DNA of 32,000 nt, taken from an archaeon. Its GTDB lineage: Archaea; Iainarchaeota; Iainarchaeia; Iainarchaeales; CSSED10-239. The notes beneath the pieces were generated by a model. That model was not told where the DNA came from. It did no database searches and worked only from the letters and a program-made list of their open reading frames with translations. Position numbers and translations under genes: made by a program. Positions 18,815-26,593 of this stretch are shown in pieces. Where the stretch lies: contig JBBABY010000008.1 of assembly GCA_041657425.1 (NCBI GenBank), positions 1 through 32,000 of the forward strand, written 5' to 3'. The stretch's first letter is position 1. Every line of letters starts with the position of its first letter.

Positions 18815-19639
18815 GTGAAAATAAAAATGGGAGAAATAATCGCAATTGTTTCAGGAAAGGGAGGTGTTGGAAAAACCACACTAACTGGGAATCTTGGAAT
18901 TGCACTTTCTGAACTTGGTTATTCTGTATTATTGATTGATGCAGATTTAGCTATGGCAAATTTAAGTTTATTAATGGGGCTTAAGACTCCGCCAATAACG
19001 ATACATGATGTATTACTTGGATCTGCTCCCGCAAATGATGCAATTTATGAAGGGCCAAAGGGCGTTAAGATTATTCCTGCAGGTTTATCAATATCATTTT
19101 ATACAAGAGTAGATGTTGAAAGATTAGTTGCGATTACAAAAGATTTACAAAAGAAGTTTGATTATATTTTAATTGATTCTCCGGCAGGTATTGAAAAGAA
19201 TGTAATTGCTGCAATGTCTGCGTCTACTCAAATATTACTAATTACAGAACCAACTGCGCCTTCTGTTGCAGATGCATTTAAAGCAAAGATAGTTGCTCAA
19301 AGATTAAATCAAAGGGTTTTAGGGGTTGTAGTAAATAAAGTTAGTAATACAAAAGGAGAGGTTTCAGAATTAGAAATCATAAAAATGTTAGAATTGCCAT
19401 CATATGGTAAAATTCCATATTCAGACGATATTAGAGAATCATTTTTATTAAAGAAAATAAAGCCAATTTTAGTTCATAATCCAAATTGTATTGCTGCAAA
19501 TTCTTTTAGAGCAGTTGCAAGAAAAATAACTGGTAAAGAAGTAGATGTAACACAAGTTGAAAAGAAAGGTTTATTTTCTGGATTGATTGAGGCTTTAAAA
19601 AATATATTTAAAAAGAAGAAAGGAGTAAAAACAGATTAA
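18815..19639 (+). CDS. minD: MinD/ParA-family ATPase with a C-terminal amphipathic helix
   Basis: Deviant Walker A SGKGGVGKTT and Walker B YILIDSPAG. The C-terminal GLFSGLIEALKNIFKKKK looks like a membrane-targeting helix. The track start is a GTG; the ATG at 18827 (MGEIIAIVSGKGG) is more likely. Confidence 0.88.
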   Translation: MKIKMGEIIAIVSGKGGVGKTTLTGNLGIALSELGYSVLLIDADLAMANLSLLMGLKTPPITIHDVLLGSAPANDAIYEGPKGVKIIPAGLSISFYTRVDVERLVAITKDLQKKFDYILIDSPAGIEKNVIAAMSASTQILLITEPTAPSVADAFKAKIVAQRLNQRVLGVVVNKVSNTKGEVSELEIIKMLELPSYGKIPYSDDIRESFLLKKIKPILVHNPNCIAANSFRAVARKITGKEVDVTQVEKKGLFSGLIEALKNIFKKKKGVKTD

Positions 19640-19670
19640 ATTTGTTTTAATATATAAAGGAGAAAAAAAT

Positions 19671-19901
19671 ATGACTGAAATAAAAATATCGAGACCATTT
19701 GACATGCTTAATAATTCCTTAAATAAGCAAGTATTAATTACACTTAAAGGAAATGTTACAGTAAGAGGCAAATTAAAAGCATTTGATGTGCACTTAAATG
19801 TAGTTTTAGAAGATGCAGAAGAAATTGAAAATGGAAAACCAAAGGCAAAATATCTTGAAGTTTTCTTAAGAGGAGATAATGTTATTTTATTAACAGTATA
19901 A
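19671..19901 (+). CDS. Sm-like archaeal protein (SmAP/LSm)
   Basis: Sm1 motif LNKQVLITLKGNVTVRGKLKAFDVHLNVVLEDAEE and Sm2 motif VFLRGDNVILL. 76 aa. Confidence 0.9.
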   Translation: MTEIKISRPFDMLNNSLNKQVLITLKGNVTVRGKLKAFDVHLNVVLEDAEEIENGKPKAKYLEVFLRGDNVILLTV

Positions 19902-19959
19902 ATCTTTTTGCTTCTCTTTTCTTTTTAAAAAAATTAATAGGTAACCAGTGTAATAGAAT

Positions 19960-20874
19960 ATGAATAATATTTTTTTAGATGTTTATTTAGGTAGCAAACT
20001 TGCTGAAAGTATTAGTTCAGATACTACAATTAGTAATTTATTTACCTATAATAATCTATTTTATTTAGGTATATTTTTAATTGGAACGTTTTTTATATTT
20101 TTTGTGTCGTTTTTTCTAATTCCAAAATTATTTAGAAATCCACAAAATTATTTTAAAAGGTACATAGTGATTAGAGAAGAGATGGCAAATATAGATGAAT
20201 TATATACTAGAAAAAAAATGTCTTTTGAAGATTATTCTTTTGCTCAGTTTCATTATGCTAAAGAATATGAACACATAATAGTTTATTTATCTAAATTTCC
20301 GCAATATAAAGAAAAATTACAAAGTTATAAGATTTCTGTTGTAAAAATAAGAGAAACAGAAGAATCAAAATTAAATAATACAGATAAACAACAATTGAGT
20401 ACAATAAATTATTATGTGGATCTTTTAAGAAATCCAGCAGTTTTTTATCAAAAAAAAGAAATTTATCAGGCATTTTTAGATGAAGGATATATTCCAGATA
20501 TTGCAGAAAAGGTTGTAAGTAAATTAGAAGATATGGGTGTTGAATTTGCAAGTCAAGATAAAGATGAAAACCATAAAATTAATGATTTAGTTAATTCATT
20601 ATTGGCTTCTAAAAAGTCAGAACTAAATTATAATTTTAATACAAGTATTAATCTTAAGGATTTATCTACTAATAAAAAAACCTCGCCAAATTTCGGAGAA
20701 ACTACAACTACATTTTCTAAACTTTCAAAGTCTAAAACTGAAAATAAAGACGAGAAACCTTTATTTTGGTCTACAGTAAAGGGAATATTTAAATCAAAAG
20801 AGCGCCCACACACAGTTACAGAGATAAATGATATCTTTAAAGATATCGAAACAACTTTAAAAGAAAAAAAGTAA
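19960..20874 (+). CDS. hypothetical single-pass membrane protein
   Basis: 304-aa ORF with one TM (LFYLGIFLIGTFFIFFVSFFLIP) and a Lys/Glu/Ser-rich, low-complexity C-terminus. No family recognised. Confidence 0.5.
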   Translation: MNNIFLDVYLGSKLAESISSDTTISNLFTYNNLFYLGIFLIGTFFIFFVSFFLIPKLFRNPQNYFKRYIVIREEMANIDELYTRKKMSFEDYSFAQFHYAKEYEHIIVYLSKFPQYKEKLQSYKISVVKIRETEESKLNNTDKQQLSTINYYVDLLRNPAVFYQKKEIYQAFLDEGYIPDIAEKVVSKLEDMGVEFASQDKDENHKINDLVNSLLASKKSELNYNFNTSINLKDLSTNKKTSPNFGETTTTFSKLSKSKTENKDEKPLFWSTVKGIFKSKERPHTVTEINDIFKDIETTLKEKK

Positions 20875-20875
20875 T

Positions 20876-21027
20876 TTAATTCTTTGATTTTAATAACAAT
20901 ATTAATCCAATTACTATTAGAATTAATCCAATGTAATTATTAATTATGGAGAATACTCCTGGTAATGCGGGAATATATAATCCAATTCCTATTCCTAATA
21001 AAATACCGCCAACTAAACTTTGAGTCA
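20876..21027 (-). pseudogene. possible frameshifted small hydrophobic-protein gene
   Basis: On the minus strand AAGGAAGGGATGAAAAAATG precedes ATG ACT CAA AGT TTA GTT GGC GGT ATT TAT TAG. The adjacent frame continues stop-free as LLGIGIGLYIPALPGVFSIINNYIGLILIVIGLILLLKSKN* but has no ATG/GTG start and only a near-terminal TTG. See findings. Confidence 0.25.
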
Positions 21028-21107
21028 TTTTTTCATCCCTTCCTTTTAATTATATAAATACAATAAATATATATTGATTTGTCTTTAAATATATATAGGT
21101 ATTAATT

Positions 21108-21803
21108 ATGAAAACGAAAATTGGTTTTGGATTATTTGATGTTTTAATAAAAGGAAAGATGAATCATAAACCAGACACTTCATTTATGAGCGAACTTGTA
21201 GATTATGCTAAAGAAAATAAAAAAGAACTATTTTTAATAACTGGCCTTGATGAAGAGAAAGGCGAGAAGATAATTCAAGAACAAGGAATTAATTCTTATT
21301 TTGATTCTAAGAGCATTCATCATATTAAAGAAGATTATTATTCAACACTTTCAGACATTGATAGAGAATTAAAAAAAGAAGCAAAAGAAAAAGATCCAGA
21401 TTATGCAGACGAATACTATAAGGTATATTTTTTCAATAATCTTTTTAAATACCCAAAAGAAGAAGCATTATTTATTGGGCACGATATTTGGGTCGATGCT
21501 TATTATTTGCATAAGTATTCAAATATAAACTCTATATTACTAAAAGAAACTTTATCTAATAATCACGCACCGAATATAACTGAAATAAAAGATTTAAATA
21601 TTATTGAACCGACATTTGAAGATATTAAAAACTATATAATAAATAAAAAAGAATTCAAGTATTCTTCTCTTGATTCATATGCAAATAAATTATTATATTC
21701 TGAGATATTTGGAACCAGTTTATTTAATAGTAAATTAAGTGTAAGGAAAATACTTGACAAGAGTAATGCAAAAGTAGTTTTAAAAAAGAAAGAGGATGAA
21801 TAA
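21108..21803 (+). CDS. hypothetical protein (possible degenerate HAD-like fold)
   Basis: FGLFDVLIKG resembles HAD motif I with the second Asp lost. LFLITGLDEE and FIGHDIWVDAYY resemble motifs II and IV. The match is weak. Confidence 0.45.
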   Translation: MKTKIGFGLFDVLIKGKMNHKPDTSFMSELVDYAKENKKELFLITGLDEEKGEKIIQEQGINSYFDSKSIHHIKEDYYSTLSDIDRELKKEAKEKDPDYADEYYKVYFFNNLFKYPKEEALFIGHDIWVDAYYLHKYSNINSILLKETLSNNHAPNITEIKDLNIIEPTFEDIKNYIINKKEFKYSSLDSYANKLLYSEIFGTSLFNSKLSVRKILDKSNAKVVLKKKEDE

Positions 21804-22436
21804 ATGCCAATTAAAACTATTGATTTAGATAATTCGGTTCTTTTAGTAATTGACGTAGTGAACTCGTGTTGTAGTGAAAAATGCGAAATAAAAAAATGGA
21901 ACATAACTTATAAAAAAATAAGAAAGATGATTCCAAATCTTGAAAGATTTATTGTAAATTATAAAGCAATTACAAAACGTCCAGTAATCTATATTAAAAC
22001 AACGCCTTGGAGAAAAGAATTTCTTACAAAAAATTTAATTGAATTATATAAAAATCCAGATTGTAATTATTATTCATTAGATAAAACTGGATATTCTGAG
22101 GAGCTTTATTTGTTAAAGCCAACTTCGAAAGATTATGTTTTAGAAAAAAACACCTATGATGCATTTACAAATAAGAACTTAGAAATAATATTACATAAAT
22201 TAAAAGTAAAGAATATAATTATTGCAGGAGTTTTTGCAGACGGTTGTGTAAATTCTACAATAATAAATGGGTTTTCAAAGGGTTATAATTTTATAATTTT
22301 AGAAGACTTAGTTGAAACAACCGATAAAAAAGAAAGACAAGATATAAAAAATTTATTAATAAAATATACTTGGAGACAAATGTATGGTAAAATTGTAAAA
22401 TCCAAGGATTTATTAAGATCTTTGGAAACTAAATAA
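21804..22436 (+). CDS. isochorismatase-family cysteine hydrolase
   Basis: VLLVIDVVNSCC (Asp) and NIIIAGVFADGCVNSTI (catalytic Cys context). 210 aa. The ATG directly abuts the previous stop codon. Confidence 0.75.
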   Translation: MPIKTIDLDNSVLLVIDVVNSCCSEKCEIKKWNITYKKIRKMIPNLERFIVNYKAITKRPVIYIKTTPWRKEFLTKNLIELYKNPDCNYYSLDKTGYSEELYLLKPTSKDYVLEKNTYDAFTNKNLEIILHKLKVKNIIIAGVFADGCVNSTIINGFSKGYNFIILEDLVETTDKKERQDIKNLLIKYTWRQMYGKIVKSKDLLRSLETK

Positions 22437-22460
22437 TAGTAAATAAAAACGCGATGAGAT

Positions 22461-23690
22461 ATGAATATTAAAAAAATAAAAGCAATTAGAGTTCTTGATT
22501 CTAGAGGAATACCAACAATTAAAACTTTTGTTTACACCAATAACACCATTGCAAGCGCGTCTGTTCCATCTGGAACAAGTAGTGGTAAGAGAGAAGCAAT
22601 AGAGTTAAGGGATGGTGGCAAAGCTTACAATGGAAAAGACGTAAGTAAAGCAATTGATAATATAAATAATAAGATTTCTAAGAAATTAACTGGAGAATTT
22701 ATTCTTGACCAAAAAAAGATAGATAAAACTATGATTGAACTTGATGGCACAAGCAACAAATCAAAACTTGGCGCTAATGCAATTCTTTCTGTAAGTCTTG
22801 CATGTGCAAGAGCAGCTTCTCAAGAACTAAGTATTCCATTACATAAATATATTTCTAGATTAAACAATAAGCAAGAAGGCGAAATAATGCCAATTCCATT
22901 TTTAAATATAATAAATGGTGGAGCACACGCAGGAACTGATTTGGCTTTCCAAGAATTTCAAATAATTCCAAACAAGAAAACAATTTCCGAAAATTTACGA
23001 ATTTCATCTGAAACGTATCACGCGTTAAAAGGAATAATTAAACAGAAATATGGAAGTAGTTCAATAAATGTAGGCTTAGAAGGCGGGTTTGCTCCAAATC
23101 TTAAAGATCCAAAAGATGCTTTAAATTTAATAGAAACTGCAATTGAAAAGGCAGGATATAAAAAAGAAATAACCATTGGTTTAGATGTTGCAGCAAGCGA
23201 AATTTACGAAAATAAAAAATATTTAGTAAATGATAAAAAATATTCTTCTCCTCAGATGATTGATTATTATGAAGATCTTTTAAAGAATTATAGAATAACA
23301 TCAATTGAAGATCCGTTCTCAGAAGATGATAAATCAATTTGGCCTGAATTTACAAAAAAGTTTGGAAATAAAATAAATGTAATTGGTGATGACTTATTAG
23401 TAACAAACCCAATATTAATAAAAGAAGCAATAAAAAAGAAGCAATGTAATTCTTTATTATTAAAAGTAAATCAGATTGGCACATTAACCGAAAGTATAGA
23501 TTCTTTAAATTTAGCAAAGAAAGCAAATTGGAAAGTTGTAGTTTCTCATAGGTCAGGAGAGACAGAAGATTCATTTATTGCAGATCTTGCTTTTGGTTTG
23601 GTTGCAGATTTCGTGAAGTTTGGAGCGCCCGCAAGATCAGAGAGAACTGCAAAATATAACAGGTTATTGGAGATAGAAATGGGAATTTAG
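22461..23690 (+). CDS. eno: enolase (phosphopyruvate hydratase)
   Basis: IKAIRVLDSRGIPTIKTFV at the N-terminus, the signature LLLKVNQIGTLTES and VVSHRSGETEDSFIADLA. 409 aa. Confidence 0.95.
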   Translation: MNIKKIKAIRVLDSRGIPTIKTFVYTNNTIASASVPSGTSSGKREAIELRDGGKAYNGKDVSKAIDNINNKISKKLTGEFILDQKKIDKTMIELDGTSNKSKLGANAILSVSLACARAASQELSIPLHKYISRLNNKQEGEIMPIPFLNIINGGAHAGTDLAFQEFQIIPNKKTISENLRISSETYHALKGIIKQKYGSSSINVGLEGGFAPNLKDPKDALNLIETAIEKAGYKKEITIGLDVAASEIYENKKYLVNDKKYSSPQMIDYYEDLLKNYRITSIEDPFSEDDKSIWPEFTKKFGNKINVIGDDLLVTNPILIKEAIKKKQCNSLLLKVNQIGTLTESIDSLNLAKKANWKVVVSHRSGETEDSFIADLAFGLVADFVKFGAPARSERTAKYNRLLEIEMGI

Positions 23691-23797
23691 GTAATTTAGT
23701 AAAGTTAACAATTTACGAAACATTTAAAAAACAAATATTCTATAAATTTATTTATAATATAACTAATATTAAAACTAAAAACAAATGTGATGATTAA

Positions 23798-24643
23798 ATG
23801 CCAAAAGATATGGGTGACGATTTCGGTTCAGATTTTGATGCAGGAAGCTCAGAAAAAAAACAATTTGGGGGAGTTTCTTTTAAATGGGAAAATCTTTTAC
23901 CAATTATAGTAATAATAATTGTAATTTTATTAATTGTTTTTAAAACAAATATACTTGCAGGTGCAGGATTATTTAGTACAAGTCAAGGTGCAAGAATATT
24001 AGTTCTTGGTGCACCAAGTCAAGAAACAAGACAAATTTTAAATGATCAAGAGAATAAAGATTTAATTAAAGAAGCAAGAATTTTAACTTTAGCAAGTATT
24101 GAACATAACCCCGCAGAAAGAGTTAAAGGTTATGATATAATAATACTTGATCAATCATTACAATCAGATAAATCTATTTCTAGAAGAACTGCTGATGCAA
24201 TAACTGATTACGTCAAGAAAGGTGGAAAATTAATAGTTGTTTTAAATTCAGGAATTGAGAGACCAAATGATGTTTCTGTTCTTGGTTGGCAAGCAAACTT
24301 TGGAGATATAATTCCAGTAAGTTGTGATATGATAAATTCTGTGCCATCATGTAAGAGTCCAAAGGATTTACAAGGAACACTTTACGCTTCACTAGAATCA
24401 CATCCAATAATGAAAGGAATAATGCAAGTTCCAGCAATAGAAACAAGTGGGCCAATAAGGACTACAACATTTGAAGTTGCAGTAGATGGTAAAGAGATTG
24501 CTTATTTAGAAGATGACAGAACTAATAAGTATTACACAGGTATTGTTGAAAAATCCTTATTAATGGGCAAAGTAATTTATTTCAATTTCAATCCCGGAAT
24601 AAGTAAGGCAATATTCATTAATACTATTGAATACTTAAAGTAA
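23798..24643 (+). CDS. hypothetical N-terminally anchored membrane protein (possible GATase1-like/DUF1355-like ectodomain)
   Basis: Acidic N-terminus, TM LLPIIVIIIVILLIVF, then ARILVLG...GYDIIILDQ...YVKKGGKLIVVLNSG, reminiscent of class I glutamine-amidotransferase-like folds. The match is weak. Confidence 0.45.
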   Translation: MPKDMGDDFGSDFDAGSSEKKQFGGVSFKWENLLPIIVIIIVILLIVFKTNILAGAGLFSTSQGARILVLGAPSQETRQILNDQENKDLIKEARILTLASIEHNPAERVKGYDIIILDQSLQSDKSISRRTADAITDYVKKGGKLIVVLNSGIERPNDVSVLGWQANFGDIIPVSCDMINSVPSCKSPKDLQGTLYASLESHPIMKGIMQVPAIETSGPIRTTTFEVAVDGKEIAYLEDDRTNKYYTGIVEKSLLMGKVIYFNFNPGISKAIFINTIEYLK

Positions 24644-24663
24644 ATCAGATTTTACTTTATTTT

Positions 24664-24702
24664 GAGCCGGTTACGCTTGAGCTCGCGCGCAACTGGTTTT
24701 TC
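24664..24702 (+). other. isolated GC-rich stem-loop followed by a T-run (terminator-like or small structured RNA element)
   Basis: Sequence GAGCCGGTTACGCTTGAGCTCGCGCGCAACTGGTTTTTC. CCGGTT (24667-24672) pairs with AACTGG (24691-24696, one G-U), and an inner CGC/GCG helix surrounds a GAGCTC-containing loop. A T5 run follows. It lies 21 nt after the stop of the upstream gene. Confidence 0.35.
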
Positions 24703-24709
24703 TGTAACC

Positions 24710-24717
24710 TTTATAAA
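24710..24717 (+). promoter_or_regulatory. candidate TATA box for the L1-P0-P1 operon
   Basis: TTTATAAA lies ~70 nt upstream of the rpl1 start. A second AT-rich TATA-like run at 24731-24749 is an alternative. Confidence 0.3.
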
Positions 24718-24772
24718 TTGAATTATTCATATATTATATATTATATTTTCCCGTTATTACTGCTTTTACGCA

Positions 24773-24779
24773 GGAGGTG
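24773..24779 (+). promoter_or_regulatory. Shine-Dalgarno sequence of rpl1
   Basis: GGAGGTG lies 8 nt upstream of the TTG start at 24788. Confidence 0.6.
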
Positions 24780-24787
24780 CTAAAATT

Positions 24788-25459
24788 TTGGATAAGAATA
24801 TAACAGAAAAACAAACAATAGAAAAGGCATTAACTGAATTAATGGCAATTTCTAAAAAAAGAAATTTTGATGAAGCAATCGAGATGGTTGTTACTCTAAA
24901 AAACATCAATGTTAAAAACAAAGATCAAAGATTAGAGTACGCAGTTAGTCTTCCTCATCCTTATTTAGACAAAGTTAAGTCTTTAGTTTTTGTTAAAGAT
25001 AAAAATCTTGCTCAAGAACTTAAAGGCGTTGTTGATAAGGTAATTTTAGACGAAGACATCGCAAAGATTGCAAAAAAAGATGCAAAAAAGATGACTGAAG
25101 AGTACAAAGTATTTTTAGCTGAAGGACCTGTAATGCTTACTGTTGGTAAGCACTTAGGACAAGTACTTAGTCCTAGAGGTAAAATGCCTATTGTCGCTCC
25201 ACCAAATATTAATGCAATTAAAACATTAATTACTACATCTATTTCTCAACAAAAGATTTCAAACAAGAAGAATAAATCTTCTGTAGCTTTGCAAATTAAA
25301 GTTGGAAAGAAAAGTCAAAGTATTCCTGATTTAACAGATAATACATTAACAGTAATTAAATCATTGATTGATAAATTGCCAGTAGGTTTACAAAATTTAC
25401 ACACAATTTATATCAAGACAACAATGAGTAAGACTGTGAAAATAGGTGATGATAAATGA
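24788..25459 (+). CDS. rpl1: 50S ribosomal protein L1 (uL1), TTG start
   Basis: ..KALTELMAISKKRNFDEAIEMVVTLKNI.. and ..MPIVAPPN.. are typical of uL1. 223 aa. The first in-frame start is a TTG with a strong SD. Its stop overlaps the P0 start (ATGA). Confidence 0.93.
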   Translation: MDKNITEKQTIEKALTELMAISKKRNFDEAIEMVVTLKNINVKNKDQRLEYAVSLPHPYLDKVKSLVFVKDKNLAQELKGVVDKVILDEDIAKIAKKDAKKMTEEYKVFLAEGPVMLTVGKHLGQVLSPRGKMPIVAPPNINAIKTLITTSISQQKISNKKNKSSVALQIKVGKKSQSIPDLTDNTLTVIKSLIDKLPVGLQNLHTIYIKTTMSKTVKIGDDK

Positions 25460-26211
25460 ACCATACAAAATCATGGAGGCTTGCACAGTTTGATGAAACA
25501 AGTAAATTAATTTCTCAATATAAGGTTGTAGGTATTGCTGATCTTAAAGACTTCCCATCTGCTCTTTTACAAAAAGTTAAAAAGAATGTAATTGACGCAA
25601 CATTTAGAGTTACTTCTAAAAGTGTTTTAAAGAAAGTTTTAGATGCAAAAGGTCATAAAGATATTGTTGAAAAATTACCTGAGCAACCAATATTAATCTT
25701 AACAAATAAAAATGCATTTGAATTATATGCGGCAATTAAGAAAAGTAAGGCGCGTTCAAAAGCAAAGATTGGAATGCTTTCACCAATTGATATTATTGTT
25801 CCAGAAGGAGATACAGGTCTTCCTCCAGGTCCAGCATTATCTGATTTGAAGAAAGTTGGAATTAAAGCACAAGTAAGAGGTGCAACAATTTTTGTTCCAA
25901 ATGACACAGTAATTGCTAAAGAAGGTTCTGTTATCAATAGTGATATTGTTAGTATTCTTTCAAAGCTTGATATTAAACCAGTTCAACTTATGTTAAATGT
26001 GATTTTAGTCAAGGAAGATGGAATGATATACAACAAGGATGTACTTGATATTGATGCAGAAACAATAATCATGCAAATTGCAACAGCAGCAAAACAAGCA
26101 ATTGGTATTGGTGTTGAAATTGGTTACATTTGTGAAGATACAATAGAACCAATGATTGCAAAAGCAACAAGAGAGGCTAAAGCACTTGATGCTTTAGTTA
26201 ATAAAGAATAA
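25456..26211 (+). CDS. rplP0: 50S ribosomal stalk protein P0 (uL10), short form
   Basis: The uL10 N-terminal pattern [35 protein letters not shown], plus its position between L1 and P1. Only 251 aa and it ends ...[13 protein letters not shown]. Confidence 0.88.
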   Translation: MNHTKSWRLAQFDETSKLISQYKVVGIADLKDFPSALLQKVKKNVIDATFRVTSKSVLKKVLDAKGHKDIVEKLPEQPILILTNKNAFELYAAIKKSKARSKAKIGMLSPIDIIVPEGDTGLPPGPALSDLKKVGIKAQVRGATIFVPNDTVIAKEGSVINSDIVSILSKLDIKPVQLMLNVILVKEDGMIYNKDVLDIDAETIIMQIATAAKQAIGIGVEIGYICEDTIEPMIAKATREAKALDALVNKE

Positions 26212-26234
26212 TTAAAATAAATGAGGTGTTAGAT

Positions 26235-26519
26235 ATGGATTATATATACGCAGTGTTATTATTACACAAAACAAAGAAAGAAATAAACGAAGCAAATTTA
26301 AAGACAGTTTTGACTTCTGCAGGCGTTCACGCTGATGATGCAAAGTTAAAAGGACTTGTGTCAACATTAAAGGACATAAACATCGAAGATGCTATCGCAA
26401 AAGCGTCAGTAGTTGCAGTTGCAGCAGCACCAGTACATGAGAAGAAAGCAGAAGTTAAAGAAGAACCAGTAGTTACTGAAGAATCAGCAGCTGAAGGTTT
26501 AAGTGCATTATTTGGTTAA
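26235..26519 (+). CDS. rpl12: 50S ribosomal stalk protein P1 (archaeal L12)
   Basis: [26 protein letters not shown]... N-terminus and the conserved C-terminal [21 protein letters not shown] at 26224-26229. The track start (GTG at 26226) is probably too early. Confidence 0.9.
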   Translation: MDYIYAVLLLHKTKKEINEANLKTVLTSAGVHADDAKLKGLVSTLKDINIEDAIAKASVVAVAAAPVHEKKAEVKEEPVVTEESAAEGLSALFG

Positions 26520-26534
26520 TTTTAATTAACCAAA

Positions 26535-26551
26535 TTTTCTTTTTCTTTTTT
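26535..26551 (+). terminator. oligo-T tract downstream of the stalk operon
   Basis: TTTTCTTTTTCTTTTTT begins 15 nt after the rpl12 stop. Archaeal RNAP terminates at oligo-T runs. Confidence 0.4.
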
Positions 26552-26593
26552 ATATCTTCTTTTAAATCTTTTTCTTTATAGTTTAATATACTT

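Noticed and set aside
20946-21023. Plus-strand mini-ORF MENTPGNAGIYNPIPIPNKIPPTKL in the large spacer.
   Set aside because: It is only 25 codons with no SD. It is simply the complement of the more convincing hydrophobic reading frame on the minus strand.
23787-23793. GTGATGA, a perfect C-box-like motif in an intergenic region, raising the possibility of a C/D box sRNA.
   Set aside because: No CTGA D' or D box and no C' box occur at the required spacing downstream. The motif sits 4 nt before the ATG at 23798 and is better explained as an SD-like GTGAT element. Other TGATGA hits lie inside coding regions.
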